Shown: in pieces, positions 34,652 through 46,199 of the stretch | Numbering within the stretch: position 1 is the first letter of the stretch | Layout: each line of letters starts with the position of its first letter | DNA from: Caecitellus pseudoparvulus | Taxonomy: Eukaryota; Protista; Bigyra: Bicosoecida | Direction of reading: 5' to 3' | Length of the DNA stretch: 64,000 nt | Assembly (NCBI GenBank): GCA_965644315.1 | Contig: CBFFRQ010000067.1 | Location: 558,001-622,000 of the forward strand | Notes under the pieces: generated by a model | Databases searched by the model: none | What the model was told of the DNA's origin: nothing | The model's input: only the letters and a program-made list of their open reading frames with translations | Translations under genes and position numbers: made by a program

Positions 34652-37600
34652 TCAGGCTTGCGAGGCACCCAGCACCACTTCGCGAGCCGGCTCCCGCATG
34701 TTGTAGCTGCTGGCCATGACTCGGCCATATGCTCCAGCATTGGTGATGAGCAGGACGTCCCCCGGGGCCGTGCTGCTGGGCAGCAGGACGTCTGTGCCCA
34801 GCACATCGCCGCTCTCACAAATGGGCCCCACCACTGTTACGCTCGCGTCCGGTTCACTTCCGGCACGGGAGAGATTCACAATGCTGTGGTATGATCCGTA
34901 CAGTGCTGGGCGAATGAGGGAATTCATGCCGGTGCTGGCGCCGACGTACCGCCGGCCGCCCTTGGTGCGTTGCTGCGTGACTCGAGTCAGCAGCACGCCA
35001 GCTGGCGCGACACAGTACCGCCCAGGCTCCATGCGGATCTCAAGGGGGCGCTCGAGGCCCCGCGCCTGCTCTGCAACTGGGGCTAGGGCAGCGGCGAGGG
35101 CGCCAGCCTGCACGGCGACGCTGGGCTGCACCACAGAGGCGGGAGGAGTTGATGCGGAGGTGATGGTGTGCAGAGTGCTGTGCTCGTGGCCATGCTCCAC
35201 ACCCAAGCCACCGCCCAGGTCCACCCACTGCAGGTGCGGGAAAGCAGCCTGGCCATCCTCTTTCAACAGAGCAGCAGCTTGGAAGTGTGCTTGGGCCACC
35301 CGCACCCAGTTCTGCGGGTCACGAATGCCCGAGCCTGAGTGTGCGTGCAAGCCCACAATGAGGCAGCCCACTTCCTCCGCTGCTGCGGCTGCATCCAGCA
35401 GAGATGCTTGGTCACAGCCGAACTTCTGCCCTGGGCCGGAGGTGATAACTTTGTTGTGGTGGCCGTCCCCCGCGTTGGGGTCGATGCGCAGCCCAACGCG
35501 CTGCCCCTTGAACACACCCGGCGCCTGCAGCAACACTTCAGGGCCATCGATGATGACCTCTGCGCCGGCAGCGAACGCAGCAGCGTACTCTGACACTGGG
35601 CAGAAGTTGGGCGTGAACACGAGCCGTGCGCCTGGCGTGCCGTGTTTCAGGCAGTGCTGCACCTCGGCGTACGAAACGCACTCGTACCCGAACCCCGCGT
35701 CGCCCATCGCACGCAGCACAGCTGGGTGGTCATTCGCCTTCATGGCGTACAGCCAGGTGTTCACTGCCGGAACACCGCTGCGCAAGTGCGCCGCACGTGC
35801 GCGCACCTGGGCGACATTGTAAACGTATGCGCAGTCGCCGTCTCCGCTCAGCACACCCAGCAGCTGCTGCCGCACGCTGGCGTCTGTCCACCACTGCACA
35901 GGCACACGCCCCTCTCCTTCAGAAGGGGGCAAGTCCAGTGGGGGCAGGGGCGGCGGCTCCACTGCCGCTGCTGCTCCAGTGTGCACATGGCCCCCCGCGA
36001 CGAGGGGGGAGGTGCGCGCTCGTTCCGCCAGAGCCGACCATGACATGCCGAACTGCAGCTGGGCCGCCGAGGTGGCCAGGCCAGCTTGCGGCGTGGACAG
36101 CAGGTTCTCGTGCAGCGCCTTGAGCAGCGTGTCCCCATGCTCGCCGTCCACGACGAAGGACAGGTTCAGGTCTTCCGTCGCCTCACTCAGCATGTGCACG
36201 GGGATGCCTTGCATCACGGACATGGACAGCCCCAGCTGTGGCAGCACAGTGCGCAGGGCGCGCCCGACGATGGACACCACGGCACAGTCATGCTGCACAG
36301 TCACAGAGCAGACTTTCTTCAAGTCCAGCAACACGCGCTGGAAGGGCGTGCCAGTGGGGCCGCCTGGGATGTAGTCCAGCGTCACGGACACGGCGTACTG
36401 CGACGTGGCAATGAGGTCCACAGACACGCCTGCGTCGGAGAAGGGCTGGAACACCTTGGTCAAGAAACCCGCCTCGCCCCACATGCTGAAGGCGGCCATA
36501 GTGATCATGGTCACTCCCCGCCGCCTGGCCACCGCCAAAATCCGCGCAGCTGGCACTCCCGTCTCCCCCACCGTCAACGAGCCGTCGGCAGTGCTAGCGA
36601 CGGAGGCCAGGGCCTCGCCTGGGATGCTAGCGGCAGAAGGGATGGAGTGGCGCTTGTTCTGCATGCTGCTGGGCACCACGAGGCTGCCTGCTTCGCCTGC
36701 TGCCGCTGCTGTGCCGCTGTCAGTAGATTCGGCGCAGTCGACGCCGAGGGCGACGCCAGACACGCCAATGCGTGTGCGCTGCAGCACCACCTCTGCGCCG
36801 TCCTCCCCCATCAACTGTGGGTCCAGCGTGTTGCGGATTTCCACCGGAACCTGTGCCACGCGTGCAGGCGGCAGGCACCGTGCGTGCAGCACCTTGGCGC
36901 CCATTGCCGCCAGCTCTTGCGCTTCACGGTACGACAGGTGGCGCAGGAGGCGGGCACCAGGCACCAGGCGGGGGTCTGCTGTGAACATGCCGTGGACGTC
37001 AGTCCAGATTTCGATGCGGTGCGCGTCCAGCAGCGCGCCGAAGAGGGACGCAGACGTGTCGGATCCGCCCCTGCCCAGCAGTGCGGTCTCTCCCTTGGGC
37101 GTCGTGGCCAGGAAGCCCTGCGTGATGACGATGCGGGACTCCGCAGGCACGTGCTTGTTGATGCGCTGGGGGTCCACGACGGGCTGCACGTCGGCCTCCA
37201 GGAACCGGTCTGCCTCGCTCAGGCGTGGGTCGTCCACTGTGACCAGGATGTCCCGAGCATCCAAGCGCAGCGTATCCAAGCCGTGGTGGCGCAGGTACGC
37301 CAGGCCAAGGTGGCTGCTCATCAGCTCGCCAAAACTGGACACACGTGCTTGCAAGCGAGGGGACACTTCCCGTGTCAGCTGGATGCCCTGCAGCAACTTG
37401 TGCAGCTCAGAAAGCAGGCCGGCGACGGGTTCGAATTCCGCATCTGCCAAGCCCATGGCTTCCGCCAACGCCTTGTGCTTTGTAGCGACAACCTCGTACG
37501 CTGCAAAGGCCGCCTCATCTTCGTGGCTGACAAGGTGTTCCAGTGTCTTCTCCAGCGTGTTCGTCACCTGCGTGCAACGGAGGGGGAGGCGGGGATGCCT

Positions 37601-37784
37601 GCGTCGCTGTGGTCTGTGCTCTTTCTCACTGGGCATGCCTCACCTGGCTGAGGGCAGAGACGACGATCCACACTCGGTGCCGGGGCAGGAGGCTGCGGAC
37701 ACGCTTGGCGATGACTTCCCACCCGCCTTCCGCCGCCACGGACGTCCCTCCGAACTTCAGAACAACCCAGTCAGTGCTGGGCAT
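34652..37784 (-). CDS. lysAC: Bifunctional aspartate kinase / diaminopimelate decarboxylase (LysC-LysA fusion; 2 exons)
   Basis: VLKFGGTSV, LGRGGSDTSA, WTDVHG and ACT domains, followed by YAMKAN (PLP lysine), EPGRY, GPICESGD and GAYG. Confidence 0.93.
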
Positions 37785-38095
37785 GGCGCGAGAGATTCTG
37801 TGCGCTGAGGCAGGTGGCTGCAGAGACCTAGCGAGCGGAGCGCCGAGTGTGGCACGTCGGCAGGGGAAGTGGGGCAAGATTACGCCTGTGGGGGGCCTGG
37901 GTGCGCTGGCGCGACGCTCAGCTTGGATTCGTGGCGTTGTGGAAGTGTCCGCTCCGCAGGAGTGAGGTGCTGAGGCGCGCTGGCGAACAGCACCAGTTGC
38001 GTCAAAACACAAAATATCACACGACCCTGCACCCGCACCTCGCCCAGCTCCCTACCCCCTTCTTTTGTCCAGCACTCCTCACCTCGCCCGCCAAC

Positions 38096-38563
38096 ATGGT
38101 GCGTCCTGCCTCGCCGCCCGGGAGACGGCGCTTCAAACAACCGGCGCCGCCCAACCGTGCAACTGCGCAGTCCATGCCCCCAGCGCCACGCGTGAACAAG
38201 GCCACTCTGGACGGCTTCATCGGGAAGCCCATCACACTTGTTGGGAAGGTGGTGTCTGCTGATGCCTCGAGCATCACTTTGTCTGCGTCTGTGGGTGCTG
38301 GCCGTGCAGGCTTAGCGTTTCGGCAGCGTTGCCACGCCCCGCAATTGCCTTCGCCTGTGCAGGACGGACCCAATGTGATCGCCACGCGACCTGCTGGCAC
38401 AGCCCAGCCATCCCCTGGTCAGGTCTTGGAGTGCCTCGGCACCGGCACTGCCACAGGTGTGGAGACCATCCGCATTGTGGACCTTGGCGAATCGTTCGAT
38501 CTGTCCAAGTACGAGCTGCTGGTGCAGGCCATCCACGGCAAGCACAAGAGCCTCTTCATGTGA
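38096..38563 (+). CDS. RPA3: Replication protein A 14-kDa subunit (3 exons; first coding exon is ATG only, or start at the next Met)
   Basis: PAPRVNKATLDGFIGKPITLVGKV...S|DG...DLGESFDLSKYELLVQAIH...LF; introns 38099-38170 and 38291-38362. Confidence 0.85.
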   Translation: MVRPASPPGRRRFKQPAPPNRATAQSMPPAPRVNKATLDGFIGKPITLVGKVVSADASSITLSASVGAGRAGLAFRQRCHAPQLPSPVQDGPNVIATRPAGTAQPSPGQVLECLGTGTATGVETIRIVDLGESFDLSKYELLVQAIHGKHKSLFM

Positions 38564-38721
38564 AGGGCCACATGCCCATGGCACAGCCACGGCTTTGGCA
38601 GAGTAGCCGTGCAGTGGCTTGCCTACTTTCCGCCAGCCCTCACATGGCAGCGCGAGGCGCTACTGCGCTGACTCCACCCCCGCATCGAAGCACAAGCCGC
38701 GCACTGTGTGCCGCGCCCCGC

Positions 38722-41700
38722 TTAGAAAATGCATTTCCACTCTACGACCTGCCCCTCCACACCACCTGCCGTGATGCCAAGGCAGTACTGGCCCTCCCCT
38801 TCCGCCTCACGCGTCAAGGTTGCAGAGATACTCGTGAATGCTGGCTGGCCCGAGGGCGTGTGCACGTGAATGTGGTGGTCCACGCTGGCTTCCCCAGTGC
38901 TGGATGAGCCCACAAAGCCTTCCTTCACGTGGCCTTTCCGGTCACGCACGAGGGGTGTCGGGAACGCAGTCGCGGCTTCAGTGTCAGCAGCGGGCGGCAC
39001 AGCGAACAGCGTGGCCACCACGACCCGTCCTGCAGGGACACTGGGCAACCACAGCTCCGCCTGCTCCTCCTCTTCGCCGCTGCCGTCAGGCAGACGCCCC
39101 TGCTCATCCTCGCCGGCCGCCGCCAGGGCCGAGGCTTGCACGAGGCGCACAGTGCCGTCGGCACACGCGACAGCCACCAACCCGCCTGCGCTGCCGTGCA
39201 CAACGCAGAGCGCCATGGCTGGCACGCCCAGCAGTGTCAGGCAGACCAAGTCACAGTCGCAGTTGAACAGTGCGACAGTGCCATCGGCTGTGCAGGCCAC
39301 CACGCCTCCGTCGCCAGGCAGGAACGCAATGCCCTGCACGCCATGAGCGACCTGCTGTGAGTTCCGCACTGCCGGCTCGGCCCACGCCTCTTTGAAGCCA
39401 GGCGCAGACACCTCCCACCGCCCAGCCAGTATGTCTTGAGCCACAAGAGCCTGGCCTCTCAGCGCGTCGAACCACACCAGGGTGCCGTTGCTCTCGCCCC
39501 ACACGCCGAAACAAGACGTTGAACCGCCGCTGCGACTCGTTCCCTGCCCCGCCCCGCCCCCACGCACCAGGCTTGTCAGGTCCACAGCGCCCAGCGGAAT
39601 GGGCTCCAAAAAGGTACAGTGTGTGCCCGGTGGCGCCATGGCCAGACACGTGACGGCCTGTGGGGACGGTGCGCTCTCCAACTGCGACACGGCAGTGCTG
39701 AGGCTCCACAGAGGTCGCAAGGGTTGTTCGTCCGACGTCGTCACGACCTTGGGTCGTGTCCCAAGTTGCACGGCACCCGTCCGCTCAAGAACACCCCGGA
39801 GCTGCTCTGCAGGCATCGGGATGAGGGCGTGGGATGCCGCCTCTTCATCGCCTTCCCCTCCCACGGGCTGCCCTCCCCACGCAGTCTGTTCGGCAGAGCT
39901 GCTCGCCCCACCTGACTGCCCAGGCGCTGCCACTGCGGAAGGCTGCAGCGGAGTGCGTGCCAGACCCCAAATGCACACCTCGCCTGCAGCAGAGGAAGAC
40001 GCCAGGAGCAGGGGCTGGGCGCCGCCTTCGCCTGGCACACACCCCACGGCCAGGCCCGTCACATGCACAGGGTGGGGCAGGAAGCTGTGCAGCAGCAGGG
40101 CAGCCTTGGCAACGTCCCCACAGTCAGAATCAATCCATGCCATGCTGGTCACACGGCCCACAACATCGCCTGTGAAGCAGCACTGGCCAGGCTCGCCAAG
40201 CAGGCAACTACTGGCAACGGCGGCAGCCGTCACTCTGTGGCGGTTGGGATTGACGCATGCTTGCAGACAAGGCACTGTGGGCGCAAGCAGAGGCAGAGGC
40301 ACGCAGGAAGCCCCCCCAGGCTGGGCGTCTCCAGGCGCTTCCCGGCGAAGCACTGCCAGTGCATCAGAGCCGAGGGATAGGACGCTACGGTCGCCGCTGT
40401 CCATGTGCTGTACGCGACCCACCCACAGGACACGCCCATGGTGACAGCAAGCAACGCCACCCTCAGGCTCATCCTCGAAGGGTACAACGACACCATGTGT
40501 TGGGCGAGGCGGCAGACCCTTGACCAGAGGGGGCACTCGGAATGCGCCTGTTGCCGGGGACACATGGGTCCAAACTTCTGACCCGCCACACCTCGCGTGC
40601 CATCTTGCATCCTGCAGAGTGCTGCGCCACCACTCCACACTGTCTGGAAGGTCAATTTCCTCCCCTTCGGCCTGCCTGGCAGGTCTTCTCGAGACGCTGC
40701 GGGTCGTTCCACCGCCTCCCCCTCCCTCACCTTCATCGTCCGACGTTGCTGCCGGTGCTGCAGAGCTGGTGGAACTCACAGACTCTGGGGCAGGTGCCTC
40801 CACATCCACCTTCTCCACTCCTTCCCCCGCTCCAGCTGCCGCAGGGGTGGCACCCGGCTGCGGTGGCTCACCTGAAGTAGCCGCTGCTGCCAGTGAACTC
40901 GAAGCTTCCGGCGTGCCCATGCCCAGTTCCGCCGCGTCCACTGGCGCCACATGCCGAGTGAGACGTGGGCCCACGCGTCCTGGGTGCGGGTTTTTGAACA
41001 GCTGGCGTGGAGTCTGCCCGAACTCGGCGATTTGGTGCTGCAGTGCCACCCGCCGCGCAGGGTCCGTCACGCTCTCCATGTCCACTGCCCCTTCGTACGA
41101 GAGGTAGTGGAAGACATTCACCGACAGCTCAGCCTCTCGCCCCTGCTGTTTGAAACCAAACACTAAGTCAACCCACTTGTGCAAGTTGGCTGACACGTGC
41201 TCGCTCTCCAGCGCCGCTCGCATGCCCGCCACGAACGCCGCGGCGCTGCCACCCGCCCAAGGCGGCAACTCCACAGAGTCAATGGCGCTGCCATCCATGC
41301 GTGTTCCCAGTGCCAAGTTGTTCGGGTTGTGCAGCCATGCGGCAGGGTGCACGCCAAACACGCCTGGGCAATCCACACCTCCGCACGTGCCGGCTGGAGT
41401 GCCGCTCAGACTGGGCGGCATGGCTGTCCCCAGCGCTGAACCTGCCTCCCACGCAGCATGCCCCGTCAAAAATGACGTGTCGTAGAACTCGTGGATGAGC
41501 TCCTTGATGTCTGCACCATTTCCTGTGACACCCGCCCAGGTCTGGGCAATGCTACAGAACTGGCGATCGGGGGAATCGAACTTGCCGGCCTGCAGCTTTA
41601 GCTGGTGCTGTGGCGCGGCACGCAGGAGGAAGAACAAGACATACGCCGGCGTGGAGTAGTGTGTGCCATACATGAAGGGCGGTTCCATGGCATCCTCTCC

Positions 41701-43448
41701 TCGGGGCATCTGCTCGTACCGCTCCAGGAACCGAGCCAGGCGAGCAGAGTTCAGTGCGCCGATGGGCTTGGACAAGTCTCGGAAAATCTCTGGGTCGCTC
41801 AAGTCCAGCTGGGAACTGGTGTAGTTCGATAGGACCCACGGGAAGACGGGGTACTGCGTCAAGTCCAGGGGACTCCGATCTGCAGCGGAGTTCAGCAAGC
41901 ACAGGTACTCGTAGTTCGACAACGCTCCCTCTCGCCACGCGAGAAACGCCGCCTCCACCTGACCCTTCACCTCTGGATCCAGGCGCCCCATGCTGCGAGC
42001 AGGCACTTGCTCGAAGTTGCCCTGCCCCAGCATGGGCGGCGGCGGTGCCGTGCGCACCGGACTGGCAGCCAGATCTTCGTCTGTGTCTGACGAATCTGAC
42101 GAGTCACCTCCGCTTGCTGCGAAATGCCGCCGGGCCCCAGCTCGCGGCCTGCCCCCGCCTGCGCCTTTCCGCCACTTTCGCGCATACTCCACAGCTGCAG
42201 TCAGCAAGGCATACGCCGCGTCTCGCTGCGAGGGCCGCTCAAACGTCAGCAGGACTGCCCTGCCGGCCTCACCTGTCCCTGCACTGCGCGTCGGCGCCGC
42301 GCTTCCGAGCAGAGCGCCGGAGCCCGCACCGCCTGCCCCAGCGCGAGTCTGCGAAGGTATGGCTGCCGAAATCGACGCTTCACTGGTCATGCCCAGTGCC
42401 TGGGCATGCGAAATGAGCCCATTGCCAGCCAGGGCAGCGGCGCTGGCTGCTGCATGTGTCTGCGCTGCTACAACGGACGGCGCCGAGGCAGTGCGCACTG
42501 GCACGTCAGCTGACTGTGCGAGGCAGCGCACTTCCAAGCCCACTTCCCGCATCAGGCGACGGCGCCGCAGCACCGCCGAAACCCGCGCCAGTGGCCAGCG
42601 CAACACCCCCTGAGCTGCCGCAGTGGAGCTGCCGCTGCCCAGCAGGTGCGCGAAGTTGTTGATGGGCGCAGGCTGGAAGTACAACGCAGTGTCAGAGATG
42701 ACCACTCGGCCTGGGCAGTCCACAAGGGGCTCCACGCGGTGCACGAGCCAGGGCGCCTTGGCGTCGAGAAGGAGCGTTTCTGTGTAGTCCGCTAGGCCTG
42801 AGCGGTCAAAGGGGCCCTCATGGCGCTCCCGCAGCAGAGGAGCCAGCGCCTCTCGCTCTGCGTCAGAGCCCTTGCCCCGGCTGCCTTGTGCGATGTCCCA
42901 CAACTGGCCCACGGTGGCGAGGAGTGACTCTGCGCTGCTGTGTGCGAGAGTCAGCAAGACGACAGCACCCGCGTCCTCTGTCGGCGTGAAGTCGGGCACC
43001 TCCTCCAAGGGCACATTGCGGAGGTCTTGCGGCTCGCTGGGCCCTGGCACGCGGGGCAGCAGCCACCGCTTGCTTGACATCCACACGACCCTGCTCGCCT
43101 CATCCGCCATGCCGCGAGGCTCCTGTGACATGTGACGCAGGGGGTACTTGAACACCTCCTGGCCGCCCTCTGGGTCAAAGTACAGGCACCGTGTGCAGAT
43201 ATACAGGCGCCCATTCAGCTCCGTCCTGCAGGAAGCGCAGGGAACATGGGGGCTCGGGTTGCACGCCTGGCGTGGCTGTGCGGAAATTGCATGCGCTGAG
43301 GCACGCACCCCTCCAAGTGCCTGTCCAGAACGGCGTCGTCGTCCTCTGCGTCGTCAACCTTGCTCAGCACTGCGAGACTGGCTTGCACATCTTCAAAGTA
43401 CCACTCCCCCTCCTCCATCATCAACAGGTTGAAGCTTCCGGCTTGCAT
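38722..43448 (-). CDS. FAN/NSMAF-like BEACH-domain protein (PH-BEACH, degenerate WD40; 2 exons)
   Basis: FNLLMMEEGEWYFED and GRLYICTRCLYFDP (FAN-like N-terminus); BEACH motifs SNYEYL..LN..ADRS..DLTQYPVFPWV, RDLSKPIGALN, YGTHYS, WVDLVFGFKQ, FGQTPRQLF. Confidence 0.9.
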
Positions 43449-43627
43449 GGTTGCGTGCCCTGGTGCTGCCAAACCGAGCTGCCTTCGCTGTGCAGTGCCA
43501 GAGTCTTGAGAGCGGCAAGGGTGTAGGGACAGGCACAGCGTGCAGCGTCTGAACATTGCATTTTAAACGGAGGGGCACCATGCCCAAGGCCAGCTGCCGA
43601 GTCATGGGGGGAGTCGGTTCGCGCCCT

Positions 43628-46034
43628 TCACCGCACCGTCTGGCTCTCCACGTTGAAATGGAAGGCGGAGCTGCCGTCCACGACTGTGGCCTCAGCATGC
43701 GTGCCTTGTCCCTGTGCATGGGCGCTGCGCTGCCGCATTTGGGCGCCTGACACGGCGCCAGCCTCGAAGTCTGCAGAGTCTTGCAGTGGCACTGCCTCTT
43801 CGTGGTAGGAGAAGTGCTCGGCCAGCTTGTCGGCTTTGCTGACCATCTTGGACGCTGCTGCGTTGAGCCGCATGACTCGGAACACCTTGCCTGCCTTGGC
43901 ATACTTCTCCCCCACGCTGTTCAGCATGTCCATGCCTGAGAAGTCGTGCACTTGCACCTTGCTGTACGCGTGCATATGGAGCTCCACTACACTGGGGTCT
44001 GCCTTGGGCGTGAACAGCTTCGACAGCGCCGGCGCAGAGGCGAAGAACAAGGGGCCTGTCAGGTGGTACTGCTTCACCAGGCGGAAGTTGGGGCCTGGAC
44101 AGGGGGGTGCGTCCGCGGGCACCACGTCGCCCTCCCCCTCCCCTGCACCATCCTCCGTAGCCGCGGAGCTGGTGTCACTGGCCGTGTCCACCACCCCTGT
44201 CGTCTCCTCCACAGTGCTGTCAGCTTCGTCTGCCTTGGGCGTGTCCACATGCACCACAGCACTGTCCTTGGGGGCGGCAGGTGGCGTGGTGGCACCAGGT
44301 GTGTCAGGGGCCGCGTCAGCCGTGTCGGGGCGCGGCTCCCACACGTAGGAGTGCACAACGTCCACTTGCTGCCCCGTCTGCCAGGCGTACACCGCAGCAC
44401 TGAGCAGGACGCCTGCCAGGGTGGCAATCATGAGGTCTGTGACCAGTGTCAGGACAGTGACCAGGATGATGACGATGGCGTCGGACCGTTTGATTTTGCG
44501 GGCCGAGTCCAGCCACTTGTGTTCCCGCACGGACTGGGGCAGGAGGGTCGTCAGGACGATGGGAATGGCAGACCACTCGAAGGTCTGGTACACCACGATG
44601 CACATGACGCCGACAAGGGCGGAGGTGGGCACGAGGGCCACCACCGGTTCCGCCACAAGTACGTACAGCAGCATGCACAGCCCCGCAACGATGGTGCTGA
44701 TTTTGTACTTGCCGTTGGCGCCCGCGCCGATGTTGACAATGCTGGGGCCAATGGTGGCACCGCCGCCCATGGTTCCCAGCAGCCCCCCAACAAAGTTGCC
44801 AATGGACAGCGCGATGAGCTGTTGGTTGGGGCGGGGATTCTCCGTTTCCGTCATTTCGTCGATCACGTTCATAGTCAGCACAGCCTCCACGCCGCCTGCA
44901 GCAGCTGCAACAAAGGCGGGCCACGCGACTTTTTGCAGGACTGCCCACGTGAAGGGCGGGACGTCGTACTGTGGGTCCAGGAAGAACAGCTTCGGGAAAC
45001 CGCCTGAAACAGTGGACACCTCCCCGATAGTGGGCGTGCCAGGGCCGCCGGTGGGCCGCACGATGCCGTGCTCGATGAGGATGCACAACAAGATGGCGAT
45101 GAGTGTGGCTGGCAGGCGCACCCCCGTCAACTTGTCCAGCGCTGGGACGCCGAAGGCGATGGTGAGCACCACCACGACGATGTGCGTGATCATGATGCCC
45201 AGGCGAGCGTCGTCGATGAAGACCTTGTCATCCGGCGTGCAGACACCGTCTGGCAGCGTGTCCAGGGGTGGGCACTCCTTGAACTGAGGGATTTGCCCCA
45301 TGGCCATGATGACGGCCAGCCCGCAGACGAAGCCCATCATGACAGTGCGCGGCACCATGCGCACGAACCGCGCCAGGCCAAACACGCCGGCGAGGAACTG
45401 GTACACGGAAATGACGAGGATAATGTAGAACAAGAACCCCACGCCGAATTCCTTCACGTAGGGCGCAATGACGGCGGCGCGCACGCCTGTCGCGCCGTTC
45501 ACCATGCCTGGGCGAGAGCCGAAGATGGCTGTGGCCAAGCCGACGATCCACGCGGCATGCAGCCCCACCAGCGGCCCCACCCCCGCGATGAAGGCAAAAG
45601 CGATGCTGTCACTCAGTTGTGTGAAGGACACGGTCACTCCCGCGAAGAACTGTGGAGGAGGCCGGGGGCAGGGCGTGCAGGTGGGGAAAGCCAGGCGGTG
45701 CGCTGACCCGGTCGCGCCTCACCTCTGTGCGGACCTGCACCCAGTCCTCGGCATAGTGCGACCACTTGTAGGGCAGGATGTGATATGGCTCTGTCGCGTA
45801 CTCGAGCGCCAGCTCTCTCTGCAGCCGGGCCGCTGTTCGGGCACAGCAGTCTCCCTGGCCGCCCTCTGCGCCACCCGTTTCTTGCAGAGCCGAAGCGCTG
45901 GCAGCGGCACCAGGGCCTGAGGCGGCGCCTGCGGCAGGTGACTGTCCAGCAGGGACAGCCACGAGCTCTATGTCCACTGAGGTGGCGTCCGCTGCCTGGT
46001 CAGGGGCACCTGCAGCAGGGGCATCCGTCGCCAT
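43628..46034 (-). CDS. SulP/SLC26 family anion permease with STAS domain (2 exons)
   Basis: E|FFAGVTVSFTQLSDSIAFAFIAGVGPLVGLHAA, GSRPGMVNGATG, many TM segments, and STAS motif GPLFFASA...DFSGMDML. Confidence 0.92.
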
Positions 46035-46199
46035 GGTGATGCTGCGGAAATCGGTTGCACACCGCGTGTTCTCCTGGCTCGGCCGCGGGGCGGGCTGCGC
46101 GAATGGGACAAGGCCACCACTCGCCAGCATTCATGCAACTACGTGAGAGTGTGTTTTGAATGTGGCAGTCGCTTCCGTGTGCATTTGGTGCGGCCAGGG

